Virus record (IMG/VR): IMGVR_UViG_3300025117_000034
Origin: a virus
Lineage: Duplodnaviria > Heunggongvirae > Uroviricota > Caudoviricetes
Reading direction: 5' to 3' (one strand)
Length of the DNA stretch: 64,000 bases
In this document: positions 34,871 through 43,863 of the stretch, one piece after another
Layout of the letters: every line of letters starts with the position of its first letter
How positions within the stretch are numbered: the first letter of the stretch is position 1
Position numbers and translations under genes: made by a program
Notes under the pieces: model-generated
Seen by the model: only the letters and a program-made list of their open reading frames with translations
What the model was told of the DNA's origin: nothing
Database searches by the model: none

Positions 34871-34882
34871 TTTACTTATACA
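34871..34882 (+). promoter_or_regulatory. Candidate late promoter TTTACTTATACA
   Basis: Intergenic, 32 nt before ATG 34915. Confidence 0.55.
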
Positions 34883-34914
34883 GTTAGTTAGCTAATTACT
34901 TTGGAGGACTACAT

Positions 34915-35766
34915 ATGAAAGATCAGAAGAAGGAATCAATGGACAGCATGCTTGATGGTATTCTAGCTGGTAAGAGTGTCCGTGAGGTCATCTCAACTCA
35001 TTCAGCAGCCAGTGAGTCATTTACTAGCTCTGATGCAGTTCCAGCTGACACAGGCGAAGGCGTACAGAAGGGCTCACCAAGCCAGGGTGTCTCCAAGGTA
35101 ACTGGTCATAAGATTGCTGCAAAGGGTAAGAAGAAAGACAAGAAGGGCACTGGCCTCAAGGCTACAAGCAAGTATGCCAAGACACGCTCAGAGAGTATGG
35201 CTGCAGTGCATCAGCGCGCCATTGAACTCTATGACGAAATTGACTCACTTGTTACCAAGGCACAGGGCAAGGCAAAAGAGATCCCTGGCTACAAGTATGA
35301 CAAGCTACGCAAGCAGGTTCAGACTGGTGATGACAATATCAACAAGACTGAATCAACCAATCCTGATGGCGTTGGTGATGGTAAGCCAAAGATTGATCAG
35401 CCAGCTAAGGACTTCACTGGTGGGTCAGTTAAGAACGCTGACTCAGTTGCTGGTGCAAAGATCACAATGCATGGTGACACCAAGGTAACTGAGCCTTTCA
35501 AGGGTAACGTTAGTGGCGGTGGCAAAGAAGTGAAGCCACAGCTAGCAAGCTTCATCGGTGCAATCGTTAAGGTTCCTACAATTATGCAGGGTCTGGCTCA
35601 TGTTGCTAAGGAAGACACTGACATGCAGGTTGCAGTTCGTAAGTGTCCTAAGTGCATGCGTCATATGAAGCAAGACAAGGTAACCGGCAATTTTTGGTGT
35701 GAGTGCGGCGAGAATCTAGAGATTGGCGCATCCTACGGTCCGGACTCAGCTATCGGCAAGAGCTAA
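34915..35766 (+). CDS. Lys/Gly-rich putative internal head protein with C-terminal Zn ribbon
   Basis: CPKC...WCECG; own promoter and terminator. Confidence 0.5.
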   Translation: MKDQKKESMDSMLDGILAGKSVREVISTHSAASESFTSSDAVPADTGEGVQKGSPSQGVSKVTGHKIAAKGKKKDKKGTGLKATSKYAKTRSESMAAVHQRAIELYDEIDSLVTKAQGKAKEIPGYKYDKLRKQVQTGDDNINKTESTNPDGVGDGKPKIDQPAKDFTGGSVKNADSVAGAKITMHGDTKVTEPFKGNVSGGGKEVKPQLASFIGAIVKVPTIMQGLAHVAKEDTDMQVAVRKCPKCMRHMKQDKVTGNFWCECGENLEIGASYGPDSAIGKS

Positions 35767-35780
35767 TTAGTGCAACTTAT

Positions 35781-35817
35781 CCCTGCTGTCTTATATACTA
35801 GGACAGCAGGGTTTTTT
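35781..35817 (+). terminator. Intrinsic terminator
   Basis: CCCTGCTGTC-loop-GACAGCAGGG followed by TTTTTT. Confidence 0.85.
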
Positions 35818-35847
35818 ATTGGTAGATAAAAAGATATAAGTCATTGA

Positions 35848-35924
35848 TACGGGATAGTTTAATTTGGTAAAACGTCGGTCTCATACGCCGAAGACTCTGG
35901 ATTCGATTTCCAGTCCCGTTACCA
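35848..35924 (+). tRNA. tRNA-Met (CAT), initiator-like
   Basis: Acceptor TACGGGA/TCCCGTT (1:72 U.U), D-stem GTTT/AAAC, anticodon arm TCGGT-CTCATAC-GCCGA, T-arm CTGGA-TTCGATT-TCCAG, ACCA end. Confidence 0.88.
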
Positions 35925-35952
35925 TACACAACAACGAGTTAAGATAAAGAGC

Positions 35953-36783
35953 GTGAACAAAATGTATAACACGAATTGGAAAGATCCGTACAGAGCTAGC
36001 GACTATACACTACAAGAGTACAACAAGAATCCAAAGTTATGTGAGTTCTGCGGTAGGGCTATACCTATGAAACCTACTGACAAAATATCGCATATAAGAG
36101 CAAGAAAGTTCTGCTCTATAGGATGTTCTAAGGCTAAAGAAAAAAAACTTCTAGTTGATGAGTACCTAAAGAATCCTAAACACTGTATGTACTGTTCTAA
36201 ACCAATAGATATAATTGGTGATAGTGTAAGTGCTACAAAGATTAAGAAATTTTGTAACAGCACATGTTTTGGTCTATATAATGCCAATAACATTAAGATG
36301 AAGTTCAAGGAGATTAAAAGAAAAAAGTGTTGTAGATGTGAAGCTGACATAACATACATGTATTCTGGTAAAAAAGAAAAGTACTGCAAAGAGTGTAGTG
36401 AAGAGGTAAAAAAAGAGAGGTACAAGATTAGGGTAGAAAAGAGAACATCTTTTGTTGACTTAACTATTCATGATGTTTTTTTACTATACTCAACTAGAGG
36501 AAGTGCGAGAGCTATGATTGATAACTATGCTAGGAAAGAGATAGTTAAGACGTACAAAGAGAAGAGGTGCTTGTTGTGTGGGTACACAAAATCAGTTGAT
36601 GTATGTCATATAAAAGCAGTTGAGTCCTTTTCTGATAACTCTTTTATAAGTGAGGTTAACTCCTCCAGTAATTTAATATATCTTTGTCCTAATCATCATA
36701 GAGAACTAGATCGTGGTTTTATAGAGGCAGACTATGTAAGATGGGTTCAATCAGAAAATATCAGCACTAGTGGAGATAAATAA
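35953..36783 (+). CDS. HNH endonuclease with repeated Cys Zn-finger modules (homing-type)
   Basis: CxxC..FCSxxC repeats; C-terminal CLLCG...VCHIK...NLIYLCPNHH; AT-rich. Confidence 0.8.
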   Translation: MNKMYNTNWKDPYRASDYTLQEYNKNPKLCEFCGRAIPMKPTDKISHIRARKFCSIGCSKAKEKKLLVDEYLKNPKHCMYCSKPIDIIGDSVSATKIKKFCNSTCFGLYNANNIKMKFKEIKRKKCCRCEADITYMYSGKKEKYCKECSEEVKKERYKIRVEKRTSFVDLTIHDVFLLYSTRGSARAMIDNYARKEIVKTYKEKRCLLCGYTKSVDVCHIKAVESFSDNSFISEVNSSSNLIYLCPNHHRELDRGFIEADYVRWVQSENISTSGDK

Positions 36784-37406
36784 TGGCCGAGGTCGAGCTT
36801 ATAGAGAAGACGGATAGGGAGGTATATCTCCGTGTCTGTGATAGACTTGGGATAAACCAGAGCGATGCTTTTTTTCAACCAAAGGGCGTGGCGTACTTCA
36901 CACGAACAGAAGATAAGTCAAGGGTATCAATGCCCTTTGCTAATCTCTGGCGTGAAGCTCCTCAGCTGCAAAATGAAATGAGGTACTCGCACTTCACAGC
37001 AATCGAAGGTTTCCCCTATGGAGAATTTGATGAGGCCACTGGAGCTGTCAAAGAAAGAATAGCCAAGCTTAAGTTGATCCCAGTAATGATTCCTTACACA
37101 CTGGATTTCTGGTCAACTGATCGTCGTACCCAGAATACAGTGATCTCAAACTATATGTGGTGGTGGAAGTACGAACCCATTGTTGAGTTCACTGAGCATA
37201 ATGTAATTGAGCAGAACTTTGGATTCAACATTACCTTCAGTGATCCCCAGGATGCCAGTGACATTGAGAGCAAGTACACCAAGGGTAAGGTTTACAGGAC
37301 TACATTTAAGTTCATTGTAAATGGTGCACTTGCACGTGTAACTGATCCTGACTATGCAACCATCTTCTATGTCAAGGCACGTATCTATAATGAGGGTCTA
37401 GCATAA
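36783..37406 (+). CDS. Tail terminator / sheath stabiliser (gp15-like)
   Basis: IPVMIPYTLDFW motif; position upstream of the sheath gene. Confidence 0.6.
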   Translation: MAEVELIEKTDREVYLRVCDRLGINQSDAFFQPKGVAYFTRTEDKSRVSMPFANLWREAPQLQNEMRYSHFTAIEGFPYGEFDEATGAVKERIAKLKLIPVMIPYTLDFWSTDRRTQNTVISNYMWWWKYEPIVEFTEHNVIEQNFGFNITFSDPQDASDIESKYTKGKVYRTTFKFIVNGALARVTDPDYATIFYVKARIYNEGLA

Positions 37407-37579
37407 TGGCTGACGATGTTTGGAGTGTAAACCAATCATATAACTGGGACATCATTATTGAGACCACTGATGGCGAGTTTCCCACCTACCCACCCGACGT
37501 TTACATATTAAGCGGGAATTCTTATAAATATGAAAGTACCATTTATGCAGTTGGTACTAACGTTTCTGTTAACACTTAG
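37406..37579 (+). CDS. Unannotated 57-aa protein
   Basis: MADDVWSVNQSYNWDIIIETTDGEF...; ATG overlaps the upstream TAA. Confidence 0.45.
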   Translation: MADDVWSVNQSYNWDIIIETTDGEFPTYPPDVYILSGNSYKYESTIYAVGTNVSVNT

Positions 37580-37593
37580 CTTAGGAGGATTAT

Positions 37594-37848
37594 ATGTACC
37601 TATTGATCAATAAGCACCGCACTTTGCCAGTGAGACTCAAGTTTGAAAATGGTGAAAACATTATTCTAAATTGTGGTAAACGTATGCAGTTAGAGGATAT
37701 TACCAAGATTGTCAACCTTGACTCCATCCGTACCATGCTGCAGTACGTTTTCGTTGACACTCCAAAGGAAGAGAAAACTACGAATTCTCAATACACTCCA
37801 GGTGAAGATGAGAAGGTATCTCGTAAGAAGCGTGGAGGTAAGGAATAA
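37594..37848 (+). CDS. Hypothetical protein
   Basis: 84 aa, AGGAGG RBS. Confidence 0.55.
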   Translation: MYLLINKHRTLPVRLKFENGENIILNCGKRMQLEDITKIVNLDSIRTMLQYVFVDTPKEEKTTNSQYTPGEDEKVSRKKRGGKE

Positions 37849-39605
37849 TGAGCTTTGGACATAGCGCATCAGTAACAATCACTGAAACTGATCTATCTGC
37901 TTCAATTCCTGCAGAGGGTGGTATTACTGCAGGCATCGTGTTCGATGCACCAAAGGGTTCACTTGACATCCAGGTTATTAAGAACAACCGGCAGTTCGAG
38001 GATGTCTATGGCACCCCAACAAGCATTGCACATTTCTCAGCACTTGCATATCTCCGTGGTGGCTCAGCACTTCTGTGCAAGCGTGTAGTTAACGGTGCGC
38101 TATATGGTGGTGTTGCAGTTAAGACAGAGACAAGTGGCTCTGCCAACACTGGCATTGTAGGTGTTGCTGATCCTGCCTCGTACAACTACAGCTCAAACGA
38201 CTGTATGCTTGTAACCACACAGAATCCAAATGCCGAAGCTTATGCAGTTACCATCTCCTACAACCGTACTCTGTTTGGTCGTGGTAATGACACAGTTAAC
38301 TCATTCACTCTACCACGCATGGCTGGCGACTATACCAACATCATCATTGAAGACTCAGGCAACACTGTTGACAGCCTAAGCTACAACATCAGTGGCAACA
38401 TCATCACCTTCAATTACTCAGTGAATGATGGCCACGCATTGAATTGCATCTTTGATGAGTTCTACTTCACAGCATGGAAGAAGCTCGGCACCAACAACTA
38501 TGCAATGGTTGATTCACCCTACTTCGTTTCACGCATCACCAACAAGAAGAGCGAAGCTGGCCGTAACATGTACATTGAGGAAGTAATTAACAACCAGAGT
38601 ATTTATGTTCGCGTCTATGACAATCAGTTAATTGACGAGAACGTACTGCCAGCTGAGCAGCTAACTCCAGTTGACTTTACTGGTGGCACAAGCGGTAACA
38701 GTGTTACTTTCGGTGACGTGATTGACGGTTGGGATGCATTTGCAAACAAGAAGGCAGTCCCAGTTCGGTTGCTAATCAACGCAGGGTATGCAGCATTTGA
38801 TGACACTTCAGTTCAGGTTAAGATGATTGAGATCGCAGAGCTCCGCAAGGATTGCGTTGCGGTTCTCGATATGCCACTGAAGGACAATGGTGATAGTATG
38901 TCAGTGCAGCAGATGACTGACTACTCACAGCTCACCCTTGCTTCAAGTTCAAGCTATGCATGTATTTACACAGACTATTGCAAAGTGTACGATTCATATG
39001 CAGACCGTGAACTCTGGGTTCCTCCATCAGGCTTTGCTGCAGACGTGATCAGCCGTACAATCACCCAGTCATTCCCATGGGAAGCACCTGCTGGGTTGCT
39101 CCGTGGCGGGATCAACTGCATTGAGCTGAAGACTGTATTCAGTGAGACCGACCCTGACACAGAGAATCAGTTGGATGATCTACAGGATGCACGTATCAAT
39201 CCAATCGTACTGTTCCCTGGCTCAGGTAAGTTCATCTGGGGTCAGCGTACACTTCTAGGCGGCAGCAAAGCTACATCACGCTTGAATGTTAGAATGCTCA
39301 TGCTAGGTATTGAGAGCTGGGTTGGTGCATATCTAGAAGGCGTTACCTTTGAGACCCACACTGCCAAGCTACGTGCAAGTGTCAAGAGTGGCATTGACAA
39401 GTACCTAGGCGGGATCAAGAACAAGGGTGGGCTATACGACTATCAGGTTAACTGTGATGCAACTAACAACACACCTGAGAGCATTGATCGTAATGAGCTC
39501 TATGTTGACATTCTAGTTAAGCCTGCACGTACTGTTGAATACATTAAGGCTAACTTCATCATTGGTTCGACTGGCGTAAGCTTCAGCGAACTACTGAGCC
39601 GGTAG
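37848..39605 (+). CDS. Tail sheath protein
   Basis: N-terminal ITETDLS...GIV...KG; C-terminal PPSG, APAG..RG, INPI, WGQRTL, RLNVR, CDATNNT....RNEL. Confidence 0.95.
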   Translation: MSFGHSASVTITETDLSASIPAEGGITAGIVFDAPKGSLDIQVIKNNRQFEDVYGTPTSIAHFSALAYLRGGSALLCKRVVNGALYGGVAVKTETSGSANTGIVGVADPASYNYSSNDCMLVTTQNPNAEAYAVTISYNRTLFGRGNDTVNSFTLPRMAGDYTNIIIEDSGNTVDSLSYNISGNIITFNYSVNDGHALNCIFDEFYFTAWKKLGTNNYAMVDSPYFVSRITNKKSEAGRNMYIEEVINNQSIYVRVYDNQLIDENVLPAEQLTPVDFTGGTSGNSVTFGDVIDGWDAFANKKAVPVRLLINAGYAAFDDTSVQVKMIEIAELRKDCVAVLDMPLKDNGDSMSVQQMTDYSQLTLASSSSYACIYTDYCKVYDSYADRELWVPPSGFAADVISRTITQSFPWEAPAGLLRGGINCIELKTVFSETDPDTENQLDDLQDARINPIVLFPGSGKFIWGQRTLLGGSKATSRLNVRMLMLGIESWVGAYLEGVTFETHTAKLRASVKSGIDKYLGGIKNKGGLYDYQVNCDATNNTPESIDRNELYVDILVKPARTVEYIKANFIIGSTGVSFSELLSR

Positions 39606-39615
39606 GAGAGTTTAA

Positions 39616-40431
39616 ATGGCAAAGAATAACAAAGGTCTAAACTTTATTCGTGGTCTTGCGAATCCAGCTAAGACCTTCCTGTGGTACCTGTACTTTCCAC
39701 CCGCACAGACTGGTGCATTGAAGGGCCTATTCACTGATGCATTCACCTTTGTGGTTCATAACACTTCTATCCCAGGGGCAAGCGTTGACTTCATTGACGT
39801 TCCTTGGCAGGGTCAGATTGCACGTTATGCAGGCCGTCGTAACTACACCCACTCACTAGGCTTCCAGTGCATGGAAGTTGAGGAAGGCACAGTTGGTCGT
39901 ACCCTCTATAGTTGGGCGCAGCTTTGCTCCTCACACTATGATGGTATGTGTCAGAACAGAAACAACGAGTACGCAATGGACATTCAGCTGATCTGTCTCA
40001 ATGAGAATCGTGAGGCAGTGAACGTGTACAACCTGTATAATGCATGGCTACAGAACGTTGCTGATGTAGGTATGAACCAGAACCAGAATGGCCTAGTTAT
40101 GTACAACTGCACCCTAGCCTATGACTACTGGGAAATGGGCACTGGCGATACCAACACTGGTCTTGTTCTCTTTGAAGCAACTGGTAAGGGCACACAGGCT
40201 TCACCAGTAGGCACCAAGGGTACAGATCGTGGCGATGGCCAGTCAACAGGCACTGAAGTAGGTAAGTACCTAACTGGTTACAACATCATCAATGGTAGCA
40301 ATGCCAATGGTGGGACAGCAAGTAGCACAACTGGTAGTGCATTGTCCAATCTCCAGGAAGAGCTTAACAATGTAAATAACGTGGTGGATGCATTTAAGGA
40401 CATTTGGAAAGATGTAACTACCGGCTGGTAA
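39616..40431 (+). CDS. Tail tube protein (gp19-like)
   Basis: Follows the sheath; TSIPG, W.Q, YNLYNAW...V..V....N..G...YNCTLAYDYW. Confidence 0.8.
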   Translation: MAKNNKGLNFIRGLANPAKTFLWYLYFPPAQTGALKGLFTDAFTFVVHNTSIPGASVDFIDVPWQGQIARYAGRRNYTHSLGFQCMEVEEGTVGRTLYSWAQLCSSHYDGMCQNRNNEYAMDIQLICLNENREAVNVYNLYNAWLQNVADVGMNQNQNGLVMYNCTLAYDYWEMGTGDTNTGLVLFEATGKGTQASPVGTKGTDRGDGQSTGTEVGKYLTGYNIINGSNANGGTASSTTGSALSNLQEELNNVNNVVDAFKDIWKDVTTGW

Positions 40432-40437
40432 CACACT

Positions 40438-40998
40438 ATGCCAAAGCAAGCTAAATGGGAACAACCTATTACCGGCTCGTCCGGTAATAGGGCACCCTTT
40501 CGAAGTATCCTAAAAAACCTAGAACCTATCAATGCAGTACGTTGGAAGATGATCATTGATGATGTTGAAGAGGATAATGGTGTAAACATTGCTGTACAGA
40601 ATGTTTCCTTTGCTCCGTTAGGTTTATCAAGCAAACCATTCTATATTGGTAACGGGTACTCCATCAAACTCCCTGATCAGCAGACTGTTCAAGATGTTGA
40701 CATTACATTCCTTGAGACAAATGACAGATCTTTTTCAGCCCTTGCTTATATAAATGAATGGCTGAAGAAAGTTGTTGACCCTGTTACTGGTGTCTACAAC
40801 CCTCCATCAGAGTACAAGAAGGAGAGCAAGCTTAAGTTCGTTGGTAACATTGAAGGTGTTGAGAAGGGTATTGTAGCTGAGATGGGCGGGATGTTCCCGC
40901 TATCAATAGGAACTATAAGGACAGATTATACACAGTCGAGACCAGTATCTTTCTCGGTACGGTTCTCATGTGATAACGTTAATTTCAATAGACCTTAA
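40438..40998 (+). CDS. Tube-like baseplate protein (gp54-like)
   Basis: Tube fold pattern: DITFLET...YINEW..KV.DP, GMFP..I...DY....FSVRFS.D. Confidence 0.65.
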   Translation: MPKQAKWEQPITGSSGNRAPFRSILKNLEPINAVRWKMIIDDVEEDNGVNIAVQNVSFAPLGLSSKPFYIGNGYSIKLPDQQTVQDVDITFLETNDRSFSALAYINEWLKKVVDPVTGVYNPPSEYKKESKLKFVGNIEGVEKGIVAEMGGMFPLSIGTIRTDYTQSRPVSFSVRFSCDNVNFNRP

Positions 40999-41008
40999 AG
41001 GAGAGTAT

Positions 41009-41812
41009 ATGGATTTCCCGTACACGATTGAACTGTCAGAGCTTCCATCTAAGGGCCTTGCTTATTCAGGTATTACCAAGATTCAAGGACGCTCTATTAC
41101 TGTGCGGGAGGCTAAGATTCTCCGTACTATTCTCGACACCAAAGACTACTACCAGATAGCACTGACCTCCAACAGCATCCTCAATAACTGCTTCGACTTT
41201 GACTATAAGAAGCTGACATATGGGGACAAGTTCTTCCTGTTGATCTGGCTCCGTATGAATTCACTAGGTAAGAACTTCCTTGTGGATTACACCTGCAAGC
41301 ACTGCAAGGAAAAGACCCAGGGGCTCAACGTTGATCTGTCACAGCTGACTGTCAAGCATATCAAGGAAGACTACACACATCCTATGGAGTTCCAGTTTGT
41401 AGAGAGCAATGGAGTGAAGCACTCCTTAATCCTTTCACTACACAACATTGAGGACGAGGAGAAGGTTATTAACTTCACTCGTGAAGCAGGTGTTGACCTG
41501 GAGATGGATGAGGATATTGTTGCTAGGTACGCCAGCACTGTTCGCGTTGTTGACGGCAGAGAAGTATCATTTGAAGAAGCTATTAAGCTGATGTCTGTTC
41601 TACCTGAGGGAAGTAAGGCTATCTCAATTATCCGTAGGTTCTTTGAGATCTATGACCACGGCATTGACTTCAACTATGAAATGGAATGCCCAAAGTGTAA
41701 GGAGTCGAGTTCCGTACTGGTCCCCTTTTGTACAAGCCTATTTATCGCACCTACCATCAGTGACTACGACTTTAGAGAATCAATTGTGGTTAAGTCAGAA
41801 AACAAACAATAG
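41009..41812 (+). CDS. Baseplate hub assembly / tail chaperone (gp26-like)
   Basis: ELPSKG..Y...R.ITVRE.KIL...GDKFFLLIWLR...CKHC...CPKC; ATG 41009 with AAGGAG RBS. Confidence 0.8.
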   Translation: MDFPYTIELSELPSKGLAYSGITKIQGRSITVREAKILRTILDTKDYYQIALTSNSILNNCFDFDYKKLTYGDKFFLLIWLRMNSLGKNFLVDYTCKHCKEKTQGLNVDLSQLTVKHIKEDYTHPMEFQFVESNGVKHSLILSLHNIEDEEKVINFTREAGVDLEMDEDIVARYASTVRVVDGREVSFEEAIKLMSVLPEGSKAISIIRRFFEIYDHGIDFNYEMECPKCKESSSVLVPFCTSLFIAPTISDYDFRESIVVKSENKQ

Positions 41813-41903
41813 TATTATACACTCAGATATGATGGATATGTTTGAGTTTCTTAGGGTTATCGACATGATTGCGGAGAAGCAAGAAGATGGTGGACTCCAG
41901 TGA
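41770..41903 (+). CDS. gp51-like C-terminal chaperone segment in the +1 frame (start unresolved)
   Basis: LENQLWLSQKTNNSIIHSDMMDMFEFLRVIDMI; no good RBS/start. Confidence 0.45.
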
Positions 41904-43863
41904 TAAGAGGTCAGCTTCAGTATTAGATGAGGAAACCAGACGCAACATTGTCGAGCTTGGTGTACAGTACTCAGAGCTTGTAAAGAAGTTTGATGATATA
42001 CTTGGTGTTCAGAAGAAGATCAAAGAGGAAGAAGAGAAAACCAAAGCAGAAGCAGAACGCAAGTCAAACCTAGCTACAATGGGAGTTGCAGCTGGTCTAT
42101 CTCTGGCTGACCCATTGTTTGGCACAGCATACTTAGCTGGCAAGTTGATCAAGAAGGCCTTCTCAAAAGATGACCAGCTAGCACCAGCAGCACAGAATCC
42201 TCAGTCAAGCGCACGAGTAACAACTGACTATGGTCTAGCCAAGGAAGATGTCACACGGCTAGAGACAGCTCTTAACTATGCAAGGATGGACAATCCAACC
42301 TTTGTATCAGCTAAGACTCGCACTGCTTTGTCTATTGCTGGAACTCAAGAGCACTCACTACAACTCATATACACGGAGGTAGTTAAGCTTAAGGATGGAA
42401 TGACCCAGGTTGATCCATCGAACACAGATACCTCATCTGTTGAGAGCAACAGCTTTCTTAGTGATGTAACTCCACAAAGTGAGCGTCATGATGCTGAGGA
42501 TGAGAAACAGAAGAGTTCAGTAACTCGCTCTGTTGTTGTAACCATCCCTGAGAAACTACAAGCACTTATTGATTGCCACAAAGGTAAGAAAGAAAAGGAC
42601 GAAGCTGCGTCAAAGGCTAGCCTTAGCACACTTGCACTAGGATTGATTGCAGGTGCTGGCATTGCTGCCGTTGGAGCAGGAGCTGCCATTGCTTCATCAG
42701 CTTATGACTTTTTTACTGAGGGCATACCAGCTGGCACAGTGACTGGTGGTACACAGGGAGCAGGAGAGTTTGACGCAGGTGATAGGCAGGCCCCTGTACC
42801 CCCACCATCTGGTTCAAGTGATCCATTAGAACCAATCCCAATGGTACCCACCTTCCACCCTGTAATGGCTGGAAGTAGCACAGCTTCAGATGCTATGCCT
42901 GTAAGAGGTAGCTCAACAGTACCTATTGCTGAAGAGGTGCCCGCGTCTTCAACATCCTCAGAGGGTAGGGTAACACCTACTCCAAGTGTGTACCCTGGGC
43001 AGTGGTATGTAACTGGTTTCAATGTAAACCTAAGAGCTATGCCAAACACCAGTGCTGCTATCTTGGATACCCTTAACAATGGGGATAAGATCAACCTTGT
43101 TAAGATGGTTAATGGTTGGGCGCATGTAATAGCTGAGTCAGGTCAAAGAGGATATATCTATGGTGACTTTGTAACCAATGACTGGAGCAAGGTTGAGTCC
43201 CGCATAACCCCGTCATCAAATGCTACTTCAAATGCACCAACACAGCCAGATGCTTCTGAGTCACGTGTTGTTACCTCAGGTGGTGGGGGTGAGCCAAACA
43301 CAGAGATGAGCACTTGGCAGGATGTTAAGAGCTTCCTGAACTCCAGAGGATTTAACCCCAATATTACATCAACCACTGGTGGAGAGCACACAGCTGGGTC
43401 ATACCACTATAGCGGCCATGGTCTTGACATTGGTAGTGGTAGCTATGGAGACAAGTACAGCCCAATACTGGGGAGAATCTTCCGTGAGCTTGAGCCTTTT
43501 GCAATAGGTCCTAACAGACAAATAGATGAGCTCATGTATAATCATATGCCTACCAACTGGGATAACGGTGCTCGTATTGGTCATATCTCAGGGCACTGGA
43601 ATCACATTCACATTGGTGTTCGAAGAGGCGCAAGACCTTCAAGTATGCAGGCTGGCTCTGTAACCCACACTCAGATCCGTGGGGGTGGTGGTTCAGGACT
43701 AGCTGGTGGTGGCAGCATTGGGGCACTAGCTGGTGGAGGTTCATCACAATCCATTGAGACAAATACTGCGTCTGAGTCAAACTCCAGTCGTAGAATAGAG
43801 AAGAACTTGTTTCCAGAGGACATAAATAACCCAAGCATAATAATGCTCAATAGAGTACGATAA
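41887..43863 (+). CDS. Tail-associated protein (tape-measure-like N-terminus) with SH3b and M15-like peptidase domains
   Basis: Coiled coil/hydrophobic N-terminus; VNLRAMP...L..L.NG..I......W...GQRGYI (SH3b); H..GSYHYSGHGLD...HWNHIH (M15-like). Confidence 0.7.
   Translation: MVDSSDKRSASVLDEETRRNIVELGVQYSELVKKFDDILGVQKKIKEEEEKTKAEAERKSNLATMGVAAGLSLADPLFGTAYLAGKLIKKAFSKDDQLAPAAQNPQSSARVTTDYGLAKEDVTRLETALNYARMDNPTFVSAKTRTALSIAGTQEHSLQLIYTEVVKLKDGMTQVDPSNTDTSSVESNSFLSDVTPQSERHDAEDEKQKSSVTRSVVVTIPEKLQALIDCHKGKKEKDEAASKASLSTLALGLIAGAGIAAVGAGAAIASSAYDFFTEGIPAGTVTGGTQGAGEFDAGDRQAPVPPPSGSSDPLEPIPMVPTFHPVMAGSSTASDAMPVRGSSTVPIAEEVPASSTSSEGRVTPTPSVYPGQWYVTGFNVNLRAMPNTSAAILDTLNNGDKINLVKMVNGWAHVIAESGQRGYIYGDFVTNDWSKVESRITPSSNATSNAPTQPDASESRVVTSGGGGEPNTEMSTWQDVKSFLNSRGFNPNITSTTGGEHTAGSYHYSGHGLDIGSGSYGDKYSPILGRIFRELEPFAIGPNRQIDELMYNHMPTNWDNGARIGHISGHWNHIHIGVRRGARPSSMQAGSVTHTQIRGGGGSGLAGGGSIGALAGGGSSQSIETNTASESNSSRRIEKNLFPEDINNPSIIMLNRVR

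Noticed and set aside
35788-35800. CTTATATA in the terminator loop as a late promoter for the tRNA
   Set aside because: One mismatch to the motif in an AT-rich loop; not distinguishable from chance
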